Assembly: GCA_002030045.1 (NCBI GenBank)
Contig: LQBI01000007.1
Location: forward strand, 10,780-74,779
Length of the DNA stretch: 64,000 bases
From: Candidatus Aegiribacteria sp. MLS_C
GTDB taxonomy: Bacteria > Fermentibacterota > Fermentibacteria > Fermentibacterales > JCC-6
Reading direction: 5' to 3'
Positions within the stretch are counted from its first letter, which is position 1; each line of letters begins with the position of its first letter. The notes under the pieces are model-generated. The model was not told where the DNA came from. It worked only from the letters and a program-made list of their open reading frames with translations, and made no database searches. This document shows positions 9,178-18,713 of the stretch, piece by piece. The position numbers and the translations under genes were made by a program.

Positions 9178-9860
9178 GAGTTCTTCTGAGTCTCGCGGTG
9201 GTCGCCGTCCTTGCTGCCGGGATCGTCACCGTGCTTCGGGACGTTCCCTTCGGCGGAAACTCCAGTCGGCTGGGGTCGCACTTCGTCGAGAACGGCAGGG
9301 AGGATACAGGCGCGGCCAACATCGTCACCTCGGTGGTCCTTGGCTACAGGGGCTTCGACACCCTCGGGGAGGTAACGGTGCTGTTCGTTGCGGCAGTTGG
9401 TCTGGGGGCGCTCCTGGTCGCAGGGGAGAAGAACGCTCCCCGTAAGCTGGAGAAGGCCAGTATGGTCCTCACGACAGGAAGCAGGTTCCTGTTCCCGCTA
9501 ATCCTCCTGTTCGGTGCCTACATCTTCATTCACGGGCACCTTACGCCCGGAGGAGGCTTCCAGGGCGGAGCGATCATCGCGTCGGGATACCTGCTGGTCT
9601 ACCTGGGTTCCAGGGACCGGCGTCTCGGTAAGAACTGGGCCGCCTCCATCGAGACCGGGGGAGGTCTGACCTTCGTCCTGCTTGGACTGGCCGGGCTCAC
9701 CGCGGCGGGGCACTGGTTCCTCTCGAATTTCCTTCCCCTTGGTGTTCCGGGTCAGCTGCTGAGCGCCGGAATAATACCGATCATCTACGTCGCCATCGGC
9801 CTCAAGGTCGGAGTGGAACTCACCGGGGTCATCGACAGCCTGATGGGGGGTACCGAATGA
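9174..9860 (+). CDS. mnhB: Antiporter subunit B (fused MbxE/F-like)
   Basis: NIVTSVVLGYRGFDTLGE and HGHLTPGGGFQGG. Confidence 0.9.
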   Translation: MRVLLSLAVVAVLAAGIVTVLRDVPFGGNSSRLGSHFVENGREDTGAANIVTSVVLGYRGFDTLGEVTVLFVAAVGLGALLVAGEKNAPRKLEKASMVLTTGSRFLFPLILLFGAYIFIHGHLTPGGGFQGGAIIASGYLLVYLGSRDRRLGKNWAASIETGGGLTFVLLGLAGLTAAGHWFLSNFLPLGVPGQLLSAGIIPIIYVAIGLKVGVELTGVIDSLMGGTE

Positions 9861-10216
9861 CCTTCCTGAACGAGTACGCCTTTTACATAGGAGCCTTCGG
9901 CCTGATCCTCATCGGTCTTCTGACTATCCTGCTGCGGCACCATCTCATCAAGCTGATAATCGGCCTCAGCATCATGGAGACGGGCATCAACCTGTTCCTG
10001 ATCGCCATCGGCTACATCTCAAGGGGTACGGCCCCCATCTTCCCGGTGGACGGCGGCGCCGGAACCGTCATGGTGGATCCGGTACCGCAGGCGCTGGTCC
10101 TGACGGCCATCGTCATCGGGGTCGCCGTCCTCGCCATGGCACTGGGAATGGCCATCAGGCTCCATGGGCACTACGGCACCCTGGACATGCGCAGAATAAA
10201 GGAGCTGAAATGGTAA
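9857..10216 (+). CDS. mnhC: Antiporter subunit C (MbxG-like)
   Basis: DPVPQALVLTAIVIG. Confidence 0.92.
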   Translation: MTFLNEYAFYIGAFGLILIGLLTILLRHHLIKLIIGLSIMETGINLFLIAIGYISRGTAPIFPVDGGAGTVMVDPVPQALVLTAIVIGVAVLAMALGMAIRLHGHYGTLDMRRIKELKW

Positions 10217-11676
10217 ACCCTGTTCTTCTCCTGGCCGTGCCGATGGGGCTTGCCTTCACCGTACCGGTGATCGAACGCATCACCGGCAGGGTCTCCCGCT
10301 GGGTGCCCGTTGCGGCCATGCTGTTCAACCTGGTCCTCTGCGTGAGGCTCATTCCCGCGGTGCTGGAAGGTCCCGTGATCGTCCAGCTGGGCGGATTCGT
10401 ACCGCCCTTCGGCATCAACCTCTACGTGGGGCCCCTGGGGCTGTTCTTCGCCGGTCTGATCGCACTGGCCGGGCTGGTGATCTCCGTCTACAGCCTGACC
10501 TACATACGGACCGGACCCCTGGCCCGTTACCACATGCTCTACATCCTGCTCCTGGTGGGCGCCACAGGCGTGGCGCTGACCGGGGACCTCTTCAACCTCT
10601 TCGTCTTCTTCGAGATACTGTGCATCTCCTCCTATGCCCTTGTGGCCTACAACGGTGACCGGGCAGGACTCGAGTCCTCGGTCAAGTACCTCATTCAGGG
10701 ATCGGTGGGCTCCAGCATGCTCCTTGTCGGCATCGGAATGCTGTACGGAATCTTCGGGACCCTCAATATGGCGGACATCGCCCGAAGCGTGGGTATGGTG
10801 GACCAGGGGGTGCTCTTCGTCCCCCTGATCTTCATGCTGGGAGGACTCGGGGTGGAAGCCGCCATCTTCCCGATGAACGCCTGGCTGCCGGACGCGCATT
10901 CCTCGGCCCCCTCTTCCATCAGCGCCGTCCTGTCAGGCATAGCCATCGAGGTCGGACTCTACGCGGTGGCCCGAATGGTCTTCACCGTCTTCGGAATCTC
11001 GGACCTGTTCCTTTTCCTTGCCTTCCTCGGTGTCCTCACTCTGCTTATCGGGGAGATGTGCGCCTTCGCCCAGAGCAACATCAAGCGGATGCTGGCCTAT
11101 TCGAGCATCGGCCAGATAGGGCTGATCCTCTTCGCCCTGGCCGTGGCGTCCGGAGTCACGGTGACCGGCGGCCTCTTCCAGTTCGTCAACCACACCTTCA
11201 GCAAGGGGCTGCTGTTCCTTTCCGCCGGTTACCTTATCTACCGAAGCGGTTCCATGGAGATCTCCTCCCTTCAGGGGATGGGGCGTCGAATGCCCCTCAC
11301 CTCCCTGGCCTTCACCGTGGGGTCCTTCTCCCTGGTGGGCCTGCCCCCTTTCGCCGGCTTCCCGGGCAAGTTCCTGATCGTCCGCGGTGCGCTGGAACGG
11401 GGAGGGACGGTGATAGTTGTCCTCACCGGCCTGGTGCTGCTTTGTACGATCCTGGAGGGTGCCTACTTCTTCCGGGTGGTGCAGGCGCTCTACTTCCGGG
11501 AAGGGATATCCGGAGGCTCCGGCGAGAGGGCCCCGGCGGCGGCAGCGGTGGCCATGATACTGCTCATGATGCTCATACTGGCGCTGGGTGCTTATCCGCA
11601 GTTCGCGGAAACCTTCCTCCGCTCCGCCGCCTCGGACCTCATGGGCGCGGTTGAACACGTTGGGAGCGTGCTGTGA
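10210..11676 (+). CDS. mnhD: Antiporter subunit D (MbxH-like proton-translocating subunit)
   Basis: GDLFNLFVFFEI, WLPDAH and KRMLAYSS. Confidence 0.9.
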   Translation: MVNPVLLLAVPMGLAFTVPVIERITGRVSRWVPVAAMLFNLVLCVRLIPAVLEGPVIVQLGGFVPPFGINLYVGPLGLFFAGLIALAGLVISVYSLTYIRTGPLARYHMLYILLLVGATGVALTGDLFNLFVFFEILCISSYALVAYNGDRAGLESSVKYLIQGSVGSSMLLVGIGMLYGIFGTLNMADIARSVGMVDQGVLFVPLIFMLGGLGVEAAIFPMNAWLPDAHSSAPSSISAVLSGIAIEVGLYAVARMVFTVFGISDLFLFLAFLGVLTLLIGEMCAFAQSNIKRMLAYSSIGQIGLILFALAVASGVTVTGGLFQFVNHTFSKGLLFLSAGYLIYRSGSMEISSLQGMGRRMPLTSLAFTVGSFSLVGLPPFAGFPGKFLIVRGALERGGTVIVVLTGLVLLCTILEGAYFFRVVQALYFREGISGGSGERAPAAAAVAMILLMMLILALGAYPQFAETFLRSAASDLMGAVEHVGSVL

Positions 11677-13538
11677 TGACGGGTGTAGAGATCATTCTTG
11701 CAGCGGCATTCGCCGGAGCCCTTCTGACCTGGTTCATCGGCCGCACCTCCTCCACCGCGGGAAGCGCGTTCGCGGTGGCGGTACTCCTCGCTCTGACGGC
11801 CCTGGTCGCCCTCCTGCACGGCCGGGTGTACGAGACCGTTTTCTACAGAGGTTTCCTGGGCCTTCCCATGAGCCTGAGGACGGATTCCCTCTCCTGGTTC
11901 TTCGCCATGGCCACCACGGTGCTTGCGGCTCTCTCGGGCATCTTCTCCCTCAGCTACATGAAGGACCGGAAGAACACCGGGTTCTTCAATACGATGCTCC
12001 TGCTGGTTAACGCAGCCATGCTGGGCGTGGTCTTCTCCGGAGACCTGCTCTCCTTCTTCATCTTCTGGGAGATAATGAGCTGGTCCACCTTCCTCCTCAT
12101 AAGCTTCAACCGGGGACAGGGCGTCAACGCCGGCCTGAAGTACATCGTCATGTCCCTTGTGGGATCCATGGCCATGCTTGTAGGGATCGGGTGGCTGCTG
12201 GGCGCCTTCGGGACCCTGAACATCGCCCGGCTGTCGGAGCTGATACCCTCCGCCTCCGGCGGTCATCAGCTCGTACTCCTTCTCCTGTTCGGCATCGCCT
12301 TCGGGATCAAGAACGCCGTGATGCCGCTGCATACATGGCTGCCGGACGCCTACACCGAGGCCCCGTCCCCGTTCACCGCCGTCCTCTCAGGCATGCTGAC
12401 GCGAATGGGCATCTTCGGCTTCCTGCTGATACTCTACGTTATGGCAGGAGCCGCCCGTGTGCTTCATTCACCGGGATCGACGGTCCCGACGTACAACGTG
12501 GTCCTCGCCTGGCTGGGAGCCGTAACCATAGTCGTCCCGACGTTCATCGCAATGCTTCAGAACGACGCCAAGAGACTCCTTGCATGGCACGGCATCGGAC
12601 AGGGCGGGTACATGATTCTGGGCATGGCATTCGGGACCGGCATGGGCCTGGCGGGGGGTATCTTCCACACACTGAACCACGCCATCTACATCGTCCTGCT
12701 CTTCATGAGCGTGGGGGCGGTCCAGCACCGGACCGGCGGCGTGCGGGACCTGAACTCGCTGGGCGGACTGGCCAGGAAGATGCCGGTGGCCTTCATCGGT
12801 GCCCTGATGGGAATATCCGGCCTGATCGGTGTGCCCCTGACCAACGGCTTCGTCTCCAAGTGGATGATCTACCGGACACTGATCCTGGGCGGGGCGCCGT
12901 TCCTGGCGTTCGCCGCGCTAATAGGGTCCTGGGGAACGATCCTTTCGGTCTACAAGTTCCTGCACAACGTCTTCCTGGGCCAGCTGCCATCGAAGTACGA
13001 GAATGTCCGGTCGTCGCCCGTCAGCATGAAGATACCCATCCTGGTGCTCTCCTTCGCCATACTCCTGTTCGGGATCCTTCCGGGCCTGCCTCTGAAGGTG
13101 ATCGACGGCATCGTCGTCTCCTTCGGTCTGCCGTCCCTGGACGTTTCCCTCTGGGGTATCGCCTCCGAAGCGGGCACGCTCAACACTGTGAACCTCTTCG
13201 CCGCCCTTGCTGTGGGCGTCCTGGTGGTCCTGGCATTCGTCCGGATACTTGGGAGGAGCGAAAGGGTCGGCCAGGACAGCAATTACTCCGCCGGATGCGG
13301 CGTCCCCCGGGATCGCTACAACTACACGGCAAGGTACTACGATCCGCTGTTCCGAATGATCTCCCCCTACCTGAAGGATTTCTTCAGCACCCTGTACGAC
13401 GGGCTGGCACGGGGGATCGGCTCCCTGTGCGAAGCCGTAAGGATGATCTATACCGGGTACGTCTCCAGTTATGTCATGTACATTCTTCTTTTCATCTCGG
13501 CGATGATCTTCATCCATCTAACCTGGAATCCGTGGTGA
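11673..13538 (+). CDS. Second antiporter-like subunit (MbxH'/NuoL-like)
   Basis: FFIFWEIM, PLHTWLPDAY, NGFVSKW and a long C-terminal extension. Confidence 0.87.
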   Translation: MMTGVEIILAAAFAGALLTWFIGRTSSTAGSAFAVAVLLALTALVALLHGRVYETVFYRGFLGLPMSLRTDSLSWFFAMATTVLAALSGIFSLSYMKDRKNTGFFNTMLLLVNAAMLGVVFSGDLLSFFIFWEIMSWSTFLLISFNRGQGVNAGLKYIVMSLVGSMAMLVGIGWLLGAFGTLNIARLSELIPSASGGHQLVLLLLFGIAFGIKNAVMPLHTWLPDAYTEAPSPFTAVLSGMLTRMGIFGFLLILYVMAGAARVLHSPGSTVPTYNVVLAWLGAVTIVVPTFIAMLQNDAKRLLAWHGIGQGGYMILGMAFGTGMGLAGGIFHTLNHAIYIVLLFMSVGAVQHRTGGVRDLNSLGGLARKMPVAFIGALMGISGLIGVPLTNGFVSKWMIYRTLILGGAPFLAFAALIGSWGTILSVYKFLHNVFLGQLPSKYENVRSSPVSMKIPILVLSFAILLFGILPGLPLKVIDGIVVSFGLPSLDVSLWGIASEAGTLNTVNLFAALAVGVLVVLAFVRILGRSERVGQDSNYSAGCGVPRDRYNYTARYYDPLFRMISPYLKDFFSTLYDGLARGIGSLCEAVRMIYTGYVSSYVMYILLFISAMIFIHLTWNPW

Positions 13539-14428
13539 CGAAGATGATCTGGTATGTACTTTCACCGCTGATAGCACTGGTCGTGGGCATACTCCTGATG
13601 GGGCTGTCGCGAAAGCTCCTGGCCAGGATCCACTGGCGCGTCGGTCCTCCGATCCTGCAGCCAGTGATCGACCTGATCCGGTTCCTGAGCCAGAAGAGCG
13701 CCTCCCATGGCTTCCTCTTCGATTCGGGACTGATACTCTCGCTGGCGGGATCCCTGGTGCTCACACTCTTCCTCCCGCTGGGCCAGTACACTCCGATGAG
13801 CGGGTCCGGCGGGCTTCTGGTGATCCTCTACGTGATGCTGCTGGGCCCTCTCGGAATAGCCTTCAGCAGCGGGGGTGCGGCCAATCCTTACGCCAGCATC
13901 GGCATCTCAAGGAAGCTGATGCTGGCCATGGGCTACGAGCTGCCGCTGCTGCTCATCGTGCTGACGGTGATGACCGGATACCGTACGATCTCCATCGTGG
14001 AAGTCGTGAGGATCCAGCAGGCCCAGGGATGGGCCATCGCCACCTTCCCGCTCCTTCTCTCGGCGCTGGCCTACATCCTCATCCTTCCGGCCATCCTGGG
14101 AATGAGGCCCTTCGAGGTGGTGGGCGCCGCCCAGGAGATATCCTCGGGACCCGTGGTGGAGTTCGGCGGACCCCACCTGGCCCTTTCCACACTTCAGCAC
14201 GCTCTGACGACCTACATCGGCCTTTCCCTCTTCGTGAACCTGATGCTGGGAGGGGGTTCGAATCCCGTATTCTTCCTCCTGAAGATGCTGGTGGTCTTCG
14301 TCCTGTGCCTCTGCGTCCATGCGGTCTTCCCGCGATTCAGAGTGGACCAGGCGATACGGTACCTCTGGCGCTGGCCTGCCCTCGTTGCCATGGCGGGCCT
14401 GGTGCTGACGGTACTCATGGGAGGTTAG
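13535..14428 (+). CDS. nuoH: NuoH-like membrane subunit (MbxM)
   Basis: RKLLARIHWRVGPP, EISSGPVVEFGG and PRFRVDQ; start is GTG 13535 (GTGA overlap) or ATG 13544. Confidence 0.87.
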   Translation: MTKMIWYVLSPLIALVVGILLMGLSRKLLARIHWRVGPPILQPVIDLIRFLSQKSASHGFLFDSGLILSLAGSLVLTLFLPLGQYTPMSGSGGLLVILYVMLLGPLGIAFSSGGAANPYASIGISRKLMLAMGYELPLLLIVLTVMTGYRTISIVEVVRIQQAQGWAIATFPLLLSALAYILILPAILGMRPFEVVGAAQEISSGPVVEFGGPHLALSTLQHALTTYIGLSLFVNLMLGGGSNPVFFLLKMLVVFVLCLCVHAVFPRFRVDQAIRYLWRWPALVAMAGLVLTVLMGG

Positions 14429-14431
14429 CGC

Positions 14432-14989
14432 ATGGACCGGAACCAACTAGTCAAATGGCTCGAGTCTCCCGCGAAGATGGGTCACAAGTATTCCCTGCAC
14501 GCGGTGTATTTCTGTACGGGGTGCGGGATCATAGAGGTCCCGCCCTCCATAACGGCAAGGTGGGACGCGGAGAGGTTCGGCGTGCTGCCCTCCGCCTCGC
14601 CCAGGCATGCCAACCTCTTCCTGATAACCGGCTACGTATCCGTGAAGACGCTCCGGGCGATCATCCAGACCTACGACCAGATGCCGGAGCCCAAGTACGC
14701 GGTAGGGTTCGGTTCGTGTCCCATAAACGGCGGAATGTACTGGGACTCCTACAACACCATAAAGCACCTGGACAAGTACATACCCATAGACGGCTGGATA
14801 GCGGGATGCATGCCCCGTCCCGAGGCGATATTCGTTGCGGTGACCCATCTCTGGACCCTGATAGACAAGGACATGGCGGACGGCTACAAGAGGTACAGGA
14901 AGCACTACGCCGCCTACAGGGCCAACCAGGAGAAGGCCCTGCCGGGTCTTGACTGGCCGCCGCTCTTTCCCCTGGAGGGTTCCGAATGA
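14432..14989 (+). CDS. nuoB: NuoB-like [4Fe-4S] subunit (MbxJ)
   Basis: FCTGCGIIE, GSCPINGG and GCMPRPEA; the CxxC form is Mbx-type rather than the CC of complex I. Confidence 0.9.
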   Translation: MDRNQLVKWLESPAKMGHKYSLHAVYFCTGCGIIEVPPSITARWDAERFGVLPSASPRHANLFLITGYVSVKTLRAIIQTYDQMPEPKYAVGFGSCPINGGMYWDSYNTIKHLDKYIPIDGWIAGCMPRPEAIFVAVTHLWTLIDKDMADGYKRYRKHYAAYRANQEKALPGLDWPPLFPLEGSE

Positions 14990-15507
14990 GGGATATGGGG
15001 ACACTGCTTGAACAGCTGACCTCGACTTTCGACGGGGTCCGGGCAAGACTGGACGATGACGGCAGGATGAGGCTGGAGGCGGAAAAGGAATCGGTGATGT
15101 CCCTCCTCAGCTTCCTGAGGGATTCAGGTTTTGACTTCCTTCAGATGGTTTCCTGCGTGGACTGGATCGACCGCGGCAGTATGGAGCTGGTGTACGTTCT
15201 CTCCAGTTATCCCTCCACGGATGGCGGGAGCGGGGACCTCCTCTACTGCATCCTCAAGGTGGAGCTGCCCAGGGACCGGGCACGGACGGTCTCTGTGATA
15301 CCGCTCTACGAATGCGCGGAACCGTACGAGAGGGAGATACATGAGCTGTTCGGGGTCGACTTCCACGGCCATCCCCGTCTCACGCCGCTTTTGCTGGAGC
15401 GGGAATATCCGGTCCCGCCCTTCAGGAAGGACTTCGACACCAGGAAGTACGTGAGCGATTTCTTCGACAGCATCCCTCCTGTGGAAGAGGAGGGAGGAGC
15501 ACAATGA
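14986..15507 (+). CDS. nuoC: NuoC-like subunit (MbxK)
   Basis: YEREIHELFGVDFHGHP and PPFRKDF. Confidence 0.88.
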   Translation: MRDMGTLLEQLTSTFDGVRARLDDDGRMRLEAEKESVMSLLSFLRDSGFDFLQMVSCVDWIDRGSMELVYVLSSYPSTDGGSGDLLYCILKVELPRDRARTVSVIPLYECAEPYEREIHELFGVDFHGHPRLTPLLLEREYPVPPFRKDFDTRKYVSDFFDSIPPVEEEGGAQ

Positions 15508-16601
15508 GAGAACTCGAACTTTACTTCGGTCCCCAGCACCTTGGCATGGTGGGCAACTTCAGCATAACCCTCCAGGTGGAGGGCGACAGGGTGGTGAAGG
15601 CCGATGCCAACCCGGGATTCCTGCACAGGGGCTTCGAGAAGCTCATGGAGCAGAGGAGCTGGATAAAGAACTTCCCCATGGTGTGCAGGATGAACGTGGT
15701 GGAGCCGGACTCCATGGAGATGATATACGCCATGGGTGTGGAGAAGCTGGCGGGAATAGAGGTCCCGGAGCGGGCCCAGTTCGTTCGGAGCATCTACCTG
15801 GAGCTGGCAAGGGTCGGATCCCACCTTTTCGGGCTCTGGGCCTACGCCAACATGCTGGGGTTCGACACGGTTGCCCAGTGGGCCATGTACCACAGGGACC
15901 TTGTCCTGGACCTCTTCGAGGAGCTGACCGGAGGCAGGGTCTACCACATCTACATCTGGCCGGGAGGCGTAAGGCGGGACTTCCCCGCCGGCTTCGAGAA
16001 GAGGATGGTGGAGACCCTACATTCCATAGGCGGTTGCGTGCCCGACTACGACGACACCTTCTTCAACAACTCCCTCTTCCGCAGCCGGGCATCGGGAGTG
16101 GGTACCGTGACCAGGGAACAGGCCCTGAGGATGGGCGGCAGCGGACAGGTCCTGCGGGCCACCGGCGTACCCTTCGACGTACGCAAGGCCGAGCCCTACG
16201 CCGCCTATTCCAGTGTGCCGTGGGAAGTGCCCACCAGGGAGAAGGGCGATGCCTACTCCCGTATATGGGTAGTTCGTGACGAGATGATAGAGAGCGTCCA
16301 CATGATCTTCAAGCTGCTTGACTCCATGCCGGGAGGCAGCGTCTACACGCGGATACCGAATCCCTTCAAGTGGCGCATCCCCGAGGGGGATGCCTACGTG
16401 CGCTGTGAATCTTCAAGGGGAGAGCTGGGACTGTACCTGGTGAGCGACGGGGGCGACAAGCCCTACAGGGCCCACTTCAGGACGCCCTCCTACCCCCACG
16501 GGCTCACCGTGCTGGAACACGCCCTGGAAGGGGCGAACATATCCGATGTGGGGAACATCATGATAAGTCTTTACGTGGTCGCTCCGGAAATTGACAGGTG
16601 A
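15504..16601 (+). CDS. nuoD: NuoD-like large subunit (MbxL), no NiFe ligands
   Basis: FGPQH, GFLHRGFEKL, ESSRGE and C-terminal APEIDR. Confidence 0.9.
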   Translation: MRELELYFGPQHLGMVGNFSITLQVEGDRVVKADANPGFLHRGFEKLMEQRSWIKNFPMVCRMNVVEPDSMEMIYAMGVEKLAGIEVPERAQFVRSIYLELARVGSHLFGLWAYANMLGFDTVAQWAMYHRDLVLDLFEELTGGRVYHIYIWPGGVRRDFPAGFEKRMVETLHSIGGCVPDYDDTFFNNSLFRSRASGVGTVTREQALRMGGSGQVLRATGVPFDVRKAEPYAAYSSVPWEVPTREKGDAYSRIWVVRDEMIESVHMIFKLLDSMPGGSVYTRIPNPFKWRIPEGDAYVRCESSRGELGLYLVSDGGDKPYRAHFRTPSYPHGLTVLEHALEGANISDVGNIMISLYVVAPEIDR

Positions 16602-16623
16602 ATGATGCGCGGGGGTGTCGACA

Positions 16624-18474
16624 ATGGCTAGACCGAGTCTGCTGAAGCCCTTCAGGGCGGTGAGGTTCCTGTTCAGGAAACCGAGGACGCTCAGGTACCC
16701 CTTCCAGCTCAAGGAGCCGGCCGCAAGGTACAGGGGTTTCCACCTGAACGACTGGGACCTCTGCACGGGGTGCGGGAACTGCGCCGACATATGTCCCAAC
16801 GAGGCCATCGAGATGGTTCCTCAGCCCGACCTGATCCCGGAACCCGGGACCAAGAACGAGAGGCCGCGCCTCGATTACGGGAGGTGCTGTTTCTGCGGGC
16901 TCTGCGTCGACATATGCCCGCCGGCCTCCCTGAGGCTCTCCCGGGACTACTTCCACATACATTTCGATCCCGGCACCTTTGTCTTCACTCCCAGGGACGA
17001 GAAGACAGACGACAGTAACTTCGTGCCGGACGAGGGCTACTCGGTGCTGAAGGCCAGCCTCAGCCACAGGAAGAGGGATTACGAGGGGTTCAGCTCCGAC
17101 CTGGACTACGCGCTCTTCGACCCTCAGCGGGTGGAGATGCCTGAGCTGCCGCCGGAGGAGAGGAAGAAGTCGTTCATAGAACAGGTGCTCGGCTACAGCA
17201 GGGAGCAGGCGGTCAGAGAGGCCGAGAGATGCCTGGAATGCCGTCTCTGCGAGGAGGCCTGTCCTGCGGGACTGAGAATATCCGAGTACGTGGAGGCCAT
17301 CTACAGGGACGAACCGGAGGAATCTCTGAGGATAATCCTGGAGGACAATCCGATACCTTCCATCTGCGGCAGGATCTGCATGAAGCACTGCGAGGACGCC
17401 TGTTCTCTCAGGTTCAGGGGTGAATCCGTGGCCATAAGGTGGCTCAAGAGGTTCGCGGCGGATTCGGTGCGCAGCTTCCGTGACGCCCTGGAGGCCTCTC
17501 CCGGCGAACCGACAGGTAGGAGGATAGCGGTGGTGGGCGCGGGTCCCAGCGGCCTGTCGGCCGCCTACTTCCTGAGGCTCCTGGGACACGGGGTCACCGT
17601 GTTCGACGAGAGGGAGGCGGGAGGCGGAATAATCAGGACAGGGCCTCCGCGGTACAGGCTGCCCATGGAGAGCATAGACAGGGACGTGGACTACATAGCC
17701 TCGCTTGGAGTGGAGTTCCGCTTCAACACCAGAGTGGGCAGGGATATCCGGTTCGCCGACCTGCAGAATGATTTCGATGCGGTCTTCATAGGGACCGGCT
17801 ATACCATCAGCCGCTCCACGAGGGTGGAGAACGCCGACAGGTGCCTGCTGGCGCTGGATTTCCTGGAGAGGAACAAGACCGGTGACCCGGTGAAGGTGAC
17901 GACGGAAGTCATAGTCATAGGCGGAGGCAACGTGGCCATGGACGTGGCACGGGAGGCTCTGAGGCTCCAGTACATCCAGCACCCCGGCGTCGAATGCAGC
18001 GTGAAGACGGTTTCCCTGGAGGACTGGGACCAGATGCCCGCCACCGAGGAGGAGATCCGGGAAGCCCGTGAGGAGGGAATAGTCTTCAATCCGGCCTGGG
18101 GTCCGGACATGGTCCTGCTGGACGGCGGCGGCGGCATCATCGGACTGCAGTGCAAGAAGGTCAGGTCTGTATTCGACGGCGAGGGCCGCTTCGCACCCAC
18201 CTTCTACGAAGAGCAGAAGATGGTCATTCCCGGGTCCATGATTATCGAGGCCATCGGCCAGGGAGCGGACCTGTCCTTCATTCCGGAGGAGCTGCTGAAG
18301 GACCTGGAGTACACTCCTAGAAGGAAGGTCAGCGTGGATGAGAACGGCATGACCTCCATCAGAGGGATCTTCGCCGGAGGCGACATCGTCAACGTCAACA
18401 TGGACGCCGTCACGGCCATCCGGGACGCCAGGACCGCCGCCGAGGGAATCGACAGGTGGCTCGCCGGCAGGTAA
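16624..18474 (+). CDS. Fusion of NuoI/MbxN-like 2x[4Fe-4S] domain and GltD/SudA(NfnL)-like FAD/NAD(P)H oxidoreductase
   Basis: CTGCGNCADICP and CCFCGLCVDICP; EAERCLEC...CEEACP, CGRIC...CEDAC, VGAGPSG, IGGGNVAMD and FAGGDIV. Confidence 0.9.
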   Translation: MARPSLLKPFRAVRFLFRKPRTLRYPFQLKEPAARYRGFHLNDWDLCTGCGNCADICPNEAIEMVPQPDLIPEPGTKNERPRLDYGRCCFCGLCVDICPPASLRLSRDYFHIHFDPGTFVFTPRDEKTDDSNFVPDEGYSVLKASLSHRKRDYEGFSSDLDYALFDPQRVEMPELPPEERKKSFIEQVLGYSREQAVREAERCLECRLCEEACPAGLRISEYVEAIYRDEPEESLRIILEDNPIPSICGRICMKHCEDACSLRFRGESVAIRWLKRFAADSVRSFRDALEASPGEPTGRRIAVVGAGPSGLSAAYFLRLLGHGVTVFDEREAGGGIIRTGPPRYRLPMESIDRDVDYIASLGVEFRFNTRVGRDIRFADLQNDFDAVFIGTGYTISRSTRVENADRCLLALDFLERNKTGDPVKVTTEVIVIGGGNVAMDVAREALRLQYIQHPGVECSVKTVSLEDWDQMPATEEEIREAREEGIVFNPAWGPDMVLLDGGGGIIGLQCKKVRSVFDGEGRFAPTFYEEQKMVIPGSMIIEAIGQGADLSFIPEELLKDLEYTPRRKVSVDENGMTSIRGIFAGGDIVNVNMDAVTAIRDARTAAEGIDRWLAGR

Positions 18475-18713
18475 TGGAAGCTGGCCCATGCGGTAACTGA
18501 CGGTCTGCTCAGGGAACAGGTCCATCGTCTTCAGAACGTAGCAGGCATGTTGAGCGTTCAATTCACGTTGCCCGTGAGCGGATGCACTGTGCGGAAACCC
18601 GGTGTGCTGAGCGGGAATGGATGTATATTCGGTCCCGTGACCGGGATTTGCTCCTGTATGTATCATCCCGGCCGTACAATAAGGATCCTGTCAGGATCAT
18701 GAGAGGTGGTACG

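Noticed and set aside
12191-13534. 745-aa ORF as a long NuoH fusion
   Set aside because: The upstream part is an alternate frame over the MbxH'-like gene; NuoH similarity starts at about 13535
14432-16601. Group 4 [NiFe] hydrogenase
   Set aside because: The large subunit lacks both CxxC nickel-binding motifs and there are no maturation genes nearby
16558-18666. 702-aa antisense ORF (also 56290-58041, 43530-44906, 34217-35383)
   Set aside because: Shadow ORFs opposite well-supported genes, expected in GC-rich DNA; no recognisable motifs
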